In this document: positions 1 through 16,400 of the stretch, piece after piece
How positions within the stretch are numbered: the stretch's first letter is position 1
Layout: each line of letters starts with the position of its first letter
From: the human T2T-CHM13v2.0 reference genome, Homo sapiens
Assembly: GCF_009914755.1 (NCBI RefSeq)
Contig: NC_060935.1
Direction: 5' to 3' (one strand)
DNA length: 64,000 bases
Position numbers and translations under genes: made by a program
Notes under the pieces: model-generated
Told to the model about the DNA's origin: nothing
Seen by the model: the letters and a program-made list of their open reading frames with translations, nothing else
The model's database searches: none

Positions 1-164
1 TGATTCCATGATATATTGTTAAGTGAAAAAAATAAAATCTAAAGAGTACAGATAGCATGCTGCTTTTTGTGTAAGAAAAGCAGGAAGACAAGAAATATAC
101 ATATATCTATTTCATTTTTTGCAAAAAGAAACACAGGAAGGGTAATCAGAAAACAATGAGATTA

Positions 165-597
<433 letters not shown>

Positions 598-842
598 TTT
601 AAAAAGGAGGAGTAAGGACTTAAAACTGAGAACAGACAGAAAACCTGAGTGTATTTCACATTAATAACATAACCTCAGTAAAGGGCAGGGAGGCTGACGA
701 GGAACTTTTGGACACAACACTTTGACCATAACCCTCATAGTAAAGGTGGGGAGTGAAGGGATAACAGACAAATCCTGAGCTCTTTTCTGTTTGTGTGTTT
801 TTTATTTGCTACTGCTTCTCCAGAGTTTTGTATACCTTTGTT

Positions 843-2155
843 TAAACTTTTATTTTAGGTTTGGGATACATGTGCAGGTTTGTTATATAGGTAAATTGCA
901 CGTCACGGGGTTTGTCGTACAGATAATTCATCACCCAGGTAATAAGCATAACACCCAATGGGTAGTTTTTCCATCCTCACCCTCCTCCCACCCTCCACTC
1001 TTAAGTAGGCCCCAGTTTCTATTATTCCTTTTTGTGTGTGTCCATGTGTACAAAACGTTTTGCTCCCACTTATGAGAACATGTGGCATTTGGTTTTGTTT
1101 CTGCACTAGCTCGCTTAGGATAATGGCCTCTAGCTTCACCTACGTTGCTGCAAAGAACATGATCTCACTGCTTTTATGGCTTCATAGTGAAATGGGAAAA
1201 GTTCCCTTGTCCCCCTCGCAGGGTGTGCGATGGGGATGTGACTCGCTTCTTCAGTGTCCCGCTGCTCAAACCTCTATGGGGGGCATGCAGACGGGCAGGC
1301 TGTGGGGCTCCGACCCCAAGGCAGTGTCTAGGGGTGAAGCCCCAGTGGGCGTGTGTTACAGGGTGCTCTTTCAGTTTAGCCGTCCATAGGCGGCTTGTGT
1401 ACTCAGCTCAATTAGACCCCTGCCTTATCGCAAGGACAGAGGGCTTTCTGTATCCCTGGGTTCTTGCCTTGGTGTACTGGAAGAATCGGATCACACGTGG
1501 GCTTGGAGACTGAGTACAAGGTTTTGTTGAGTGGAAGTAGCTCTCAGCAGTTGGGGGAGCCAGAAGGGAGATGGTTTTCCCCTGGAATCTGGCCATTCAG
1601 CAGCGCAGGCTCTCCTCCTCCGACCCTGTCCAAACTCCATGTTCTGCCGGTCGATGGCCTGCTGACCTGCCGGCGTCTGTCGGTGTGCTCTTCCACTGGC
1701 GTGTTCCCCTTGAGTCCTCTGGACGTCCAGCCGCTTGTGTCTCTGCCCGCTAGGGCGTTGGGTTTTTATGGGTACAGGATGGGGGCATGGCAGGCCAGGG
1801 TGGTCTTGGGAAATGCAGCGTTTGGGCAGGAAAACAGAAATGCCTGTTCTCACCTAAGTCTGTGGGCACAGGCCTGGGGGTGAAGCGCTAGCCAGGGACC
1901 ACGACCTCCTGTACCCAGCACTTCTCTGCCCCCCTTCCCTATCAATAGTACTCCGTAGTTTATAGGTACCGCATTTTCTTTATACAGTCTACCGTTGATG
2001 GGCATTTAGGTGATTCCATGTCTTTGCCATTGTGAACAGTGTTGCAATGAACATACGCGTGCATGTGTCTTTATGATAAGACAATTTAGATCTCTTTACG
2101 TGTATACCCAGTAATGGCATTGCGGCTTGAATGGTAGTTCTGTTTTAAGTTATTT
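843..2155 (-). mobile_element. L1PA-type LINE 3' end, split by an LTR at 1188-1944
   Basis: Antisense L1 3' UTR/ORF2-end motifs on both sides; removing the LTR restores tttatggcttcATAGtactcc, matching the L1 consensus. Confidence 0.85.
1188..1944 (-). mobile_element. ERV1 solo LTR (LTR1-like, HUERS-P2 group)
   Basis: TG...CA termini; 4-bp TSD ATAG at 1184-1187 and 1945-1948; GC-rich. Confidence 0.85.
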
Positions 2156-2454
2156 GCTGAGTTCTTTTTTAATGGGTTTGTTTTTCATAGTGGTATGGAT
2201 GTACCAATTCTGAATCTATTTTATATTTATTGAAGAATTAAGTGTGTAAATATGATTATGTTTGAAGAAGCCAGCGTTCTCACTGTGGAAGAAAGGAGGC
2301 AGAATTATGGAATGGAGAAAAGAAAGGAAGATCTCTGTGGTGTTGTTGAATTGGCACAGGAGGTCTCAGTATGAACTCATGATTTCTAAAACAAACAAAC
2401 ACGTCAATAGCGATGAGTGTCCCTAATGCCCAGATCTTAGTTGGTTTATAATAG

Positions 2455-2836
<382 letters not shown>

Positions 2837-3339
2837 TAACATGAGTCCACACTTCACACCATAAATGAAGGTGAATTCTAGATGGATTAAGTAACTATAT
2901 GTAAAGGGTAAATCTGTAAAGCAAACAAGCAAAAAATTTAAATAAATTTAAAAAATCAAAAATATAAACTCAGTGAAGGATTTTTTAAACAAGACCCAGA
3001 AGGCAAATACATAAGGAGATAAGTTGATGAGATTTGACTACATCAAAATCAAGAATGTCTGTTCAACAAATCATGCCATACCAGCAAGTGGTCTAGTGAC
3101 AAATTAGAATGTGTTTGTGACATATAAAACCAATAAGGAATTAATTTTAGGGTATGCAAGGGTCACTTGAAAACATACAAGAAAAAGCAAGGACATTCCA
3201 TTTTTTCAAAGGTAAATAATATGAATAGGTGGTTCACAAAACAGAAAAACTAAATGATAAACAGGTATATGTCCCTCAAGCCAAGGTCTTTCTCTTCCTC
3301 CAGTACACATCAAATTTCTTTTTTCTTTTCTTTACACTT

Positions 3340-3740
3340 AATCTTTTTATTTTTAAATTTTTATACCGAAATTTTTAAGTTCAGTGGTACATGTGCAGGA
3401 TGTGCAGGTTTGTTACATAGGTAAATGTGTGTCATGAGTGTTTGTTGTACAGATTATTTAATCAGCCAGATATTAAACCTAGTGCCCATTAGTTATTTTT
3501 CCTGATCCTCTCCCTCCTCCCCCCGCACCCCCCGCCCCCCCTCTGGTAGGCACCAAGTTTCCCTCTATGTGTCCATGTGTTCTCATCATTTAGCTCTTGC
3601 TTATAAGTGAGAACATGTGGTGTTTGATTTTCTGTTCCTGTGTTAGCTTGCTAAGGATGATGGCCTCCAGTTCCATCCATGTCCCTGCAAAGGACATGAT
3701 CTCATTCCTTCTTATGGCTGCGTAGTATGCCGTGGAACAC
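3340..3740 (-). mobile_element. L1PA-type 3' end fragment
   Basis: gtacatgtgcaggatgtgcaggtttgttacatagg...ttcttatggctgcgtagta. Confidence 0.8.
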
Positions 3741-3769
3741 CCACCAAATTTCTTATCCTGGCCATTGAG

Positions 3770-4095
3770 TTTTTACCAGCCGTTGCTTCAGTCTTGAATG
3801 CTTCCTAGGGCTGCTTCCTCCTTGCTATTCAGGTCTCAGTTGAAAGGGTGCTTTCCATCCATCCCCATCTAAAGCAGCCATCCCACTTCCTGCCCCAACA
3901 TTCCCTATGACATCACCGTCTTTTATTTTCATTAAATATTATTCAGTAGCATGTTCTTCTATATGTGTCAATGTACTTGTCTCTCACCAGAAAGTTAGAC
4001 TCACAAAATAAGAAACGTATCTGTCTTGTTCAACCTTGCATGCCCAGTGCTTGACACATAGTTGGAGTTCAACAAATATTTGCGAAATTAATGAA
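3770..4095 (+). mobile_element. L2 3' end remnant
   Basis: tgtcttgttca...cccagtgcttgacacatagt...aaatatttg...aatgaa. Confidence 0.6.
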
Positions 4096-5164
4096 CACAT
4101 TAATGTATAAAAAGGGTCATGCAATCCCTGTTGCTGGAATGATGAGCTTTCCAGACAAGGATGTTCAGTCATCATCAAATGACTAATTAATGGAATCTTG
4201 CTAAGTGGTGCCAAACATCAGATGGAGAACTGGACAGGATGACCATTTAATATACTCCTTCTAAAAATAATATCTACTGAGTCAAAAGAACACAGTTCCC
4301 TTGGATACCTTTGTTTTGACTACAGTGCCTGGGGCTCAGTGTTTGAGTGAAATAGATTAAGCCACTTGAAACTCAACCCTCTTTAGGACTGTGCACATCA
4401 CCCAGAGGGGCTCTGATGTGAATTCCATCAACAGGAGATGGTGGCTTATACTGAATATTCCAGCAGGCAAAAATATTCTAACCATGAATGTGACTCAAGG
4501 TCATTGACAGTTGCTTCCCATTTTAAAGCCTGTGAAGTGACAGTCACCACACAATAATGGAAAACTGCATTTTGCTAACCAAATCCCATGTGAGAAAATC
4601 CAGTGAGTGTCTTACGATCAGGTCCCAGGAGGGAGCAAAATGTCATAGGTACCACATCTGCCATTTCACTTAAGGCATAGAGGCTTTGATTTAACAGAGT
4701 GCTGAATTTATTTCAACAGAGTGCTTACATGCTTAGAAAATCTATCATTCACCTTCTTAGCATGCCATGAGATTTCTAATGATTCACTTATGTAGCTTTC
4801 GCTTGCCCAGTGTAAGATGAGCCTAGTCCCTGTGGATTTGTAGGGATTTCTGTTTATGAGGTTTTGTTGTGTGTTGTTCTACCTTAGGTGAAGGATTAAA
4901 TTAAGCATGATCCTAATTCTTAACACATTATCATCATCAGTCCATGCAAAACATCCCTCCTGCTTTATCTCTTTAATTTTTGCCTTTATCCTTTACTCCT
5001 ACATCACTAACTCTGATGCATATTATATCATGTCCTGAAATAAGCATATTTCATGAACTCATGAAAATTGTGATGAGTTTGTATATACTTCTAATATAAT
5101 TTCAATATGCTTCTTACTTTTGTCACTTCATTACCATGTTTAAGACATATGAATTCCTGCATGA

Positions 5165-7256
<2,092 letters not shown>

Positions 7257-8349
7257 TTAGGCACCTAAGGCAGTTTCTTGACCTGATATTCTAGCTCAGT
7301 AATTACTGTCTATATTCACTCTTCTCAGTGCCATATCGGTTGAATCCATATTTCAAGTATTATACTTTTTATACCTGAGATATCTACTTGGATCGTCTTA
7401 GTTGTTTTTTTGTCCTTGCTTCATATTAACCAATATAATCTCCTGTTTCTTTGAGGATATTTATTAAGCTTATTTTTAAATCATGGTTCATGTCTTACAC
7501 CAATTCTGGTTCCTCCAGGTAGGTCATTTGGGTGGTGGTTTTTCCGTCAAACAGATTGGACTCCTCCACTATTTCAATATTTTGTTGCCTCTGAGTTCAT
7601 TTTCCCCTGGTAATGTGTACCCAGAATGAGGAGCTAAGGCCCAGACTCTTGCTTGTGCCATTTCTGGGGAGTTGGGGAGGATGAGTGTCATTTCATATTT
7701 TACAACTTCACCAGGTAATTCTGACCTTCATACCAGATTATTGCAGAAGCTACATAAACCTTTACCCTCAAAGATACCCACTGAAAGATCCTTTCTCCCC
7801 CCATTTCAACTCTCCAATCCTAGAAGTGTGGGGAGATGGGAGAGAGCAGGGAACACATAAAGACTCAATTATCTGACTGCCCCATTGTTAACTGTTCCTC
7901 ACTCCAGCCAACCACGCTGCTTTTGTCCCACTGACTTGAGGCTTTGGACTGGAACTACTACATTTATTTTCTACTTACAATAGAGATATCAATGATCTAC
8001 CCAGGACAATATACAAAAAAAAAACACATATCTCAAAGTCCCCTTGCCCCTCCATCCCACTGGAGCCTGGCCTTCTGCCCAAACTGAGTTTTCCTTTTCA
8101 TACCAGGTCATAATCACTTTGCATCTCCTCAAAGGTTTCTCACGAATTTTGCGTTAGTACTTCAAATGCCAGAGCTTTTCTCTCATTTCCGTGGCATCTC
8201 TACAGTTCAGTTAGAAGAGACAGCCAGCAGCTCTGCTCATTCACCATCATATCTGGAATCGGAATCGGAAGTAGCCGCTGTTCCTTAGCAGCACTGATTG
8301 AAGTCTCATTTGACCTACGATTTTTAGGAAATTTTATAAATTTTAGCCC

Positions 8350-8650
8350 TTTTTTTTTGTTTCTGAGATGGAGTCTCGCTCTGTTGTCCAGGCTGGAGTG
8401 CAGTGGCGCAATCTCAACTCACTGAAACCTCCACCTCCTGGGTTCAAGCGATTCTTGTGCTTCAACCTCCCAAGTAGCTGGGACTACAGGCATGTGCCGC
8501 CATGCCTGGCTAATTTTTCTATATTCAGTAGAGATGGGGTTTCACCATGTTGGCCAGGCTGGTCTCAAACAAACTCCTGACCTCAAGTGATCCACCTGCC
8601 TCAGCCTTCCAGAGTGCTGGGATTACAAGCATGAGCTACCATGCCCAGCC
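8350..8650 (-). mobile_element. Alu
   Basis: Antisense Alu consensus. Confidence 0.95.
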
Positions 8651-8844
8651 TATTTTATACATTTTAACTCTGCTTCTTCCACTCATTAGCAATTGATGTT
8701 GGACAAGTTAATTAAATTCCCACAATCTCTATTTTTTTAGATCCCATCTCGTGTAGTAATTGTGAAAATTAAATGAGACAACATGCAAAATCATCTATGA
8801 AATTTGTTGTACAAAGTAAGTATAATCTAGAGGCAGCATAGTGT

Positions 8845-9100
8845 GTAGTCAAGTATCAATTAGCTTCTGCTGCTTAACAAACTATCCCAAAGCTTAGTAG
8901 CTTAAAACAGCACAATTTATTTATGTTTTTGTAGGTTGGCAATTTGGGCTGCACTCAGCTGAAGAGTTCTGGGAATTGTCTACTGCCATCTAGAGCTGAG
9001 GAGGTAACAGTGCCAGTGTCTCTCATTAGCCAGGAGGGTAGCCCAGGCTTTGTTCACATGGCAGCAGGCGAGTTCCCAAGGGTGAGATAAGAAGCATGTA
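8845..9100 (-). mobile_element. MLT1-type MaLR LTR, left part; resumes at ~17190-17320
   Basis: gcttaacaaactatcccaaagcttagtagcttaaaacag...; right part ttgaggc...caaggcaagtca...atctcttgatgggaaga. Confidence 0.6.
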
Positions 9101-9305
9101 TGGAATGGTTTGGATCTGTGTCCCTACCCATATCACATGTTGAATTGTAATTTCTTGTGTTGGAGGTGAGGCCTGGTAGGAGATGGTTGGACCATGGGGG
9201 AATATTTCTCACAAATGGTTTAGTACCATGCTCTTGGGACTGTCCTCCCCATAGTGACTAAGTTCCTGTGAGATGTGGTCATTTAAAAATGTGTAGCACC
9301 TTCTG
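9101..9305 (+). mobile_element. MSTA-type MaLR LTR, 5' half only
   Basis: tggaatggtttggatctgtgtccc...gttggaggtgaggcctggt resembles the MST start; truncated at the L1. Confidence 0.75.
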
Positions 9306-11311
9306 ACTATGATCATCATGGCAGATGGGAGGCAGGAGTAGATTGCAGCTCTGACTCAGATGGACAGAGCATTGTGTGGAGGCTCACATCGTGAACTTAA
9401 GCTCCAGAACAACTTCAATAACAAACCAGGAGTCCCGAGAGGACCCACAGACCCTCTGAAGGAAGTGGACTGCTCCTGCAAGACCCAGGAGACACCCCAA
9501 ACACTGTGCCCAAACTGCAGAAGTGGGAAAGGGAGATCCTCCACTCCTGAACACACACCCCCACTGGGGAAACTGAAGGTCTAGTTTGCGGGAGAATTTT
9601 CTGACCATACCTGGAGCTGAGTCAATTTAGAGAGCCAAGTGAAATACAGGGGTAGAGGAAGCAGCGAGAAAGGTCCTGGGAGCTCGCTGGGTCCCCAAGC
9701 AGGCCATTCCTGCCTAGCACCACAAGGATTCTTTGGGAGGGTGGACAGAGGTGCAGGGGTAAACACCACAGGGAGAAGGAAGTCTCCAGGTGAACTTTGT
9801 AACAATTTGAACCTGGTGAGAAGCCTCCTGGCCAGAACTCGGGGGAGGGTGCAAATCTGGTGTGCAGACTCTGTAGATGGGGGAAGAACCAAAGCCCTTT
9901 ATTTTTGCAGCTGGGAGACAGGTAGCCTGAAGCAGGTTCTCAAGCCCTGCTCTCCCTCTGCCTGGAAACAGACTCAGGGCTGTTGGAGGGGCACAGTGGG
10001 AGTGAGATCGACCCTTTGGATTGCGTGGGAGCTGGGTGAGGCCTGTGACTGCCGGCTTTCCCCCACTTCCCTGATAACATGCGTGACTCAGCAGAGGCAG
10101 CCATAATCCTCCTAGGTACATAACTCCATTGACCTAGGAACCTCACCCCCATTCCCCACAGCAGCCGCAGCAAGACCCACCCAAGGAGAGTGTGAGCTCA
10201 GACACACCTAGCCCTGCCCCTACCTGATGGACCTTCCCGACCAACCCTGCTAGCTGAAGACAAAGGGCATATACTCTTGGGAGTTCTAGGGCCCCACCCA
10301 CCACCAGTTCCTCTCTATACCACCACAGCTGATGCTCTCTGGAAAGTGCCAACCTCCTCCAAGTGGTTGGCAGGAGGCCAACTGGCACAAAAATAGACCA
10401 TTAAGCCACCAAAGCTAAGAACCCTCACAGAGTCCATTTCAACCCCCTGCCACCTCCACTGGAACAGGTGCTAGTATCCACGGCTGAGAGAGCCATAGAC
10501 AGTTCATATCACAGGACTCTGTGCAGACAACCCTCAATACCAGCCCAGAGCCTGGCAGATTTGGTGGCTAGACCCAGAAGAGAGATAACAATCACTGCAG
10601 CTCAGCTCATAGGAAGCCACATCCATATGAAAAGAGGACTACATCAAGGGAACACCCCGTGGGACAAAAGAATCTGAACAACAGCCTTCAGCTCAAGACC
10701 TTCCCTCTGACAGAGTCTATCCAAATGAGAAGGAACCAGAAAACCAACTCTGGTAATATGACAAAACAAGGCTCTTTAACACCCGCCAGAAAATCACACT
10801 AGCTCACCAGCAATGGATCCAAACCAAGAAGAAATCCCTGATTTATCTGAAAAAGAATCCAGAAAGTTAGTTATTAAGCTAATCAGGGAGGCAGTAGAGA
10901 AAGGTGAATCTCAATGCAAGGAAATCCAATAAACGATACAAGAAGCAAAGGGAGAAATATTTGAGGAAATAGCATAAAGAAAACACAATCAAAACTTCAA
11001 GGAACATTGGACACACTTATAGAAATGCAAAATGCTCTGGAAAGTCTCAGCAATAGAATTGAACAAGTAGAAGAAAGAAATTCAGAGCTCAAAGACAAGG
11101 TCTTTGAATTAACCCAATCCAACAAAGACAAAAAAAAAAATAAGAAAATATGAACAAAGATTCCAAGAAGTCTGAAATTATGTTAAACAACCAAACCTAA
11201 GAATAATCAGTGTTTCTGAGGAAGAAGAGAAATCTAAAAGTTTGGAAAACATATTTGGGGGAATAATAGAGGAAAACTTCCCCAGCCTTCCTAGAGACCT
11301 AGACATCCAAA

Positions 11312-12351
11312 TGTGTCTGGAATGGTTCCCGTGGGTTCTTGGTCTCGCTGACTTCAAGAATGAAGCCGCGGATCCTGGCGGTGTTACAGTTCTTAAAGAT
11401 GGTGTGTCCGGAGTTTGTTCCTTCAGATGTTCAGATGTGCCCAGAGTTTATTCCTTCTGGTGGGTTCACGGTCTTGCTGTCTTCAGGAGTGAAGCCACAG
11501 ACCTTTGCAGTGAGTGTTACAGCTCTTAAAGGTGGCGTGTCCAGAGTTGTTCGTTCTTCCTGGTGGGTTCGTGGTCTTGCTGACTTCAGGAGTAAAGCCG
11601 CAGACCTTCACAGTGAGCGTTACAGCTCTTAAAGGTGGTGCGTCTGGAGTTGTTCATCCCTCTCGGTGGGTTCATGGTCTCACTGACTTCAGGAGTGAAG
11701 CCGCAGACCTTCGCATTGAGTGTTACAGCTCATGAAGGTAGTGCGAACCCAAAGAGTGAGCAGCAGCAAGATTTATTGTGAAGAGCAAAACAACAAAGCT
11801 TCCACAGCATGGAAGGGGACCCTAGCGGGTTGCCGGTGCTGTCTTGGATGGCCTGCTTTTATTCCATTATTTGGCCCAACCCACATCCTGCTGATTGGTC
11901 CATTTTACAGAGAGCTGATTGGTCCGTTTTACAGAGTGCTGATTGGCCCATTTTATAGAGTGCTGATTGGTGCGTTTACAAACCTTTAGCTAGACACAGC
12001 GCTGATTGGTGCATTTTTAACAGAGTGCTGATTGGTGTGTTTACAAACCTTTGGCTAGACACAGAGCACTGATTGGTGCATTTACAATCCTTTAGCTAGA
12101 CAGAAAAGTTCTCCAAGTCCCCACCCGATTAGCTAGACACAGAGCGCTGATTGGTGCGTTTACAATCCTTTAGACAGAAAAGTTCTCCAAGTCCCCTACC
12201 TGATTAGCTAGACACAGAGCACTGATTGGTGCATTTACAAACCTTTAGCTAGACACAGAGCACTGATTGCTGCATTTACAATCCTTTAGCTAGACATAAA
12301 AGTTCTCCAAGTCCCCACCTGACCCAGAAGCCCAGCCGGCTTCACCTCTCA
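11312..12351 (-). mobile_element. LTR12 (ERV9) solo LTR inserted in L1 ORF1
   Basis: Minus strand starts TGAGAGGTGAAGCCGGCTGGGCTTCTGGG; TSD CAAA at 11308-11311 and 12352-12355; tandem CCAAT units and ~105-bp U5 repeats. Confidence 0.93.
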
Positions 12352-13152
12352 CAAATACAAGAAGAACGATGAACACCTGGGAAAATCATCATAAAAAGGT
12401 CATCACCTAGGCACATTGTCATCAGGTTATCTAAAGTTAAGATGAAGGAATGAATCTTAAGAGCTGTGAGACAAAGCACCAGGTAACCTATAAAGGAAAA
12501 CCTATCAGATTAACAGCAGATTTCTCAGCAGAAATCCTACAAGCTAGAAGGATTGGGGCCCTATCTTTAGCCTCCTCAAACAAAACAATTATCAGCCAAG
12601 AATTTTGTATACAGCAAAACTAAGCATCATATATGAAGGAAAGATACAGTCTTTTTCAGACAAATGCTGAGAGAATTCATCACTAACAAGCCACCAGCTA
12701 CTATAAGAACTGTTAAAGGAGCTCTAAATCTTGAAACAAATCCTGGAAACACATCAAAACAGAACCTCTTTAAAGCACAAATCATATAGGACCTATAAAA
12801 CAAAAATACAAGTTAAAAAGCAAAAAAAACCAAACAAACAAAAAAAAACAAGGTACACAGGAAACTAATAGCATGTTGAATGCAATGGTACTTCACATCT
12901 CAATACTAACATTGAACACAAATGACCTAAATGCTCCACTTAAAAGATACAGAACTGCAGAACAGATAAAACTCACCAACCATCTGCTGTCTTCAGGAGA
13001 CTCACCTACTACATAAGGACTCACATAAGCTTAAAGTAAAGTGACAGAGAAAAGCATTTCACACAAATAGATACCAAAAGTGAGCAGGGGTAGCTATTCT
13101 TATATCAGACAAAACAAACTTTAAAGCAACAGCAGTTAAAAGACAAAGAGGA

Positions 13153-13451
13153 GCCGGGCACAGTGGCTTACGCCTGTAATCCTAACATTTTGGGAGGCCA
13201 AGGCGGGCAGATTACCTGAGGTCAGGAGTTCAAGATTAGCCTGGCCAACATGGCGAAACCCCGTCTCTACTGAAAATACAAAAAATAGCCGGACATGATG
13301 GTGCATGCCTGTAATCCCAGCTACTCAGGAGGCTGAGGCAGAAGAATCACTTAAACCCGGGGGGTGGGGGTTGCAGTGAGCCAAGATTGTGCCACTGCAC
13401 TCCAGCCTGGGCGACAGAGCGAGACTCCATCTCAAAACGTAAAAATAAAAG
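13153..13451 (+). mobile_element. Alu inserted in the L1 endonuclease region
   Basis: TSD AGACAAAGAGGA at 13141-13152 and 13452-13463. Confidence 0.95.
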
Positions 13452-16400
13452 AGACAAAGAGGAACATTATATAATGGTAAAAGACCTTGTCCATCAGGAG
13501 AATATCACAATCCTAAACATATATCCACCTAACACTGGAGCTCCCAAATTTATAAAACAATTCCTAATAGACCTAAGAAATGAGATGGAGAGCAACAAAA
13601 TAATGGGGGGCTTCAATACTCCACTGACAACACTAGACAGGTCATCAAGACAAAGTCAACAAAGAAACAAGGGATTTAAACTATACCTTGGAACAAATGG
13701 ATTTAACAGATATATACAGAACATTTCATCCAACAACCACAGAATACACATTCTGTTCAACAGTGCATGAAACTTTCTCCAAGATAGACCATATGATAGT
13801 CCACAAAACGAGCCTCAATAAATTTAAGAAAATTGAAATTATATCAAGCACTCTCTCAGACCACAGTGGAATAAAGCTGGAATCCAACTCCAAAAGGAAC
13901 ATTCCAAACCATGCAAATACATGGAAATTAAATAACCTGCCCTGAATGATCATTGAGTTAAAAACAAAATCAAGATTGAAATTAAAAAATTCTTTGAAAT
14001 GAACAACAGTAATGACACAACCTATCAAAACCTCTGGGATATACAGCAAAGGTGGTGCTAAGAGGAAAGTTCATAGCCATAAACGCCTACATCAAAAAGA
14101 CTAAAGAAGCACAACCTGAAATTCTAATGTCACACTTAAGGAACTAGAGGAACAAGAAGTAACCAAACCCAAACCCAGCAGAAAAAAAGAAATAAAGATC
14201 AGAGAAGAACTAAATGAAATTGAAACAAACAAAAAAAATACAAAAGACAAATGAAACAAAAAGCTGGTTCTTTGAAAAGATAAATAAAATTGATAGATCA
14301 TTAGCAAGATTAACCAAGAAAAGAGAGAAAATCCAAATAATCTCATTAAGAAACAAAACAGGAGATGTTGCAACTGACACCACTGAAATACAAAAGATCA
14401 TTCAAGGCTACTATGAACACCTTTATGCACATAAACTAGAAAACCAAGAAGAGTTGGATAAATTCCTGGAAAAATACCACCTTCCTAGTTTAAATCAGGA
14501 AGAATTAGATACCCTGAACGGACCAATAACAAGCAGCGAGATTGAAATGGTAATTTAAAAATTACTAACAAAAAAAAAAGCCCAGGACCAGAGGGATTCA
14601 CAGCAGAATTCTACCAGACATTCAAAGAAGAATTGGTACCAATCTTTTTGACACCATTCCACAAGAAACAGAAAGAAGGAACCCTCCCTAATTCATCCTA
14701 TGAAGCCAGCATCACCCTAATACCAAAACCAGGAAAGGACATACACAAAAGAGAAAAGTACAGACCAATATCCTTGATGAACATAGATGCTAAAATCTTT
14801 AACAAAATACTGGCTAACCGAATCCAACAACATACCAAAAAGATAATCCACTATGATCAAGTGGGTTTCATACCAGGTATATGGGGGATGGTTTAACATA
14901 CACAAGTAAATAAATGTAATATGCCACATAAACAGAACTAAAAACAAAAATCACATGATCATCTCAATAGATGCAGAAAAAGCATTCAATGAAATCCAGC
15001 ATTCCTTTATGATTAAAACTCTCAGCAAAATCAGCATGCAAGGGACACACCTCAATGTAATAAAAAGCCATCTATGACAAACCCACAGCCAACATAATGC
15101 TGAATGAGGAAAAGTTGAAAACATTCCCTTTGACAACCGGAACGAGACAAGGATGCACACTCTCACCACTCCTTTTCAACTTAGTACTGGAAATTCTAGC
15201 CAGAGCAATCAGACAAGAGAAAGAAATAAAGGGCATCCAAATCAGTGAAGAGGAAGTCAAACTGTCACTGTTTGCTGACTATATGATCATTTACCTTGAA
15301 AACCCTAAAGACTCCTGCAGAAAGCTCCTAGAACTGACGAAAGAATTCTGTGAAGTTTCTGGATACAAGATTAATGTATGCAAATCAGTAGCTCTTCTAT
15401 ATACCAACAGTGACCAAGCAGAGAATCAAAGCAAGAGCTCAACCCCTTTTACAATAGCTGAAAAAAGAAGAAATACTTAGGAATATACCTAACCAAGGAA
15501 GCAAAAGACCTCTACAAGGAAAACTACAAAACACTGCTGTAAGAAATCACAGAGGACACAAACAAATGGAAACACCTCCCATGTTCATGAATGGGTCGAA
15601 TCAATATTGAGAAAATGACCATACTGCCAAAAGCAATCTACAAATGCAATATAATCCCCATCAGAATACCACCATCATTCTTCACAGAATTAGACAAAAC
15701 AGTTCTAAAATTCATGTGGAAACAAAAAAGAGCCCACATGGTCAAAGCAAGACTAAGCAAAAGGAATAAAACTGGAGGTCTCACACTACCTGATTTCAAA
15801 CTATACTATAATGCCTTAGTCACCAAAACAGTGTGGTACTGGTATAAAAAATAGGCACATAGACCAATGGAACAGAATAGAGAACCCAGAAATAAACCCA
15901 AATACTTATAGCCAACTGATCTTCAACAAAGCAAATAAAAATGTAAAGTGGGGAAAGGACAATCTTGTCAACAAATGGTGCTGGGATAATTGGCTAGCCA
16001 CATGTAGGAGAATGAAACTGGATCCTCATCTCTCACCTGATACAAAAAGCAACCCAAGATGGATTAAGGACTTAGATCTAAGGCCTGAAACTATAAAAAT
16101 TTTAGAAGATAACATTGGAAAAACCTTCCTAAACATTGGCTTAGGCAAGAATTTCATGACCAAGAACCCAAAAGCAAATGCAATAAAAACAAAGATAAAT
16201 AGCTGGGACTTAATTAAACTAAAGAGCTTTTGCACGGCAAAAGGAACAGTCAGCAGAGTAAACAGACAACCCACAGAGTGGGAAAAAAATCTTCACAGTC
16301 TATACATCTGACAAAGGACTAATATCCAGAACCTACAATGAACTCAAATCAGCAAGAAAAAAGCAAACAATCTCATCAAAAAGTAGACTAAGGACATGAA

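Noticed and set aside
11340-12330. Regular repeats that superficially resemble a CRISPR-like array
   Set aside because: Known internal tandem repeats of LTR12 U3/U5; no unique spacers; eukaryotic context
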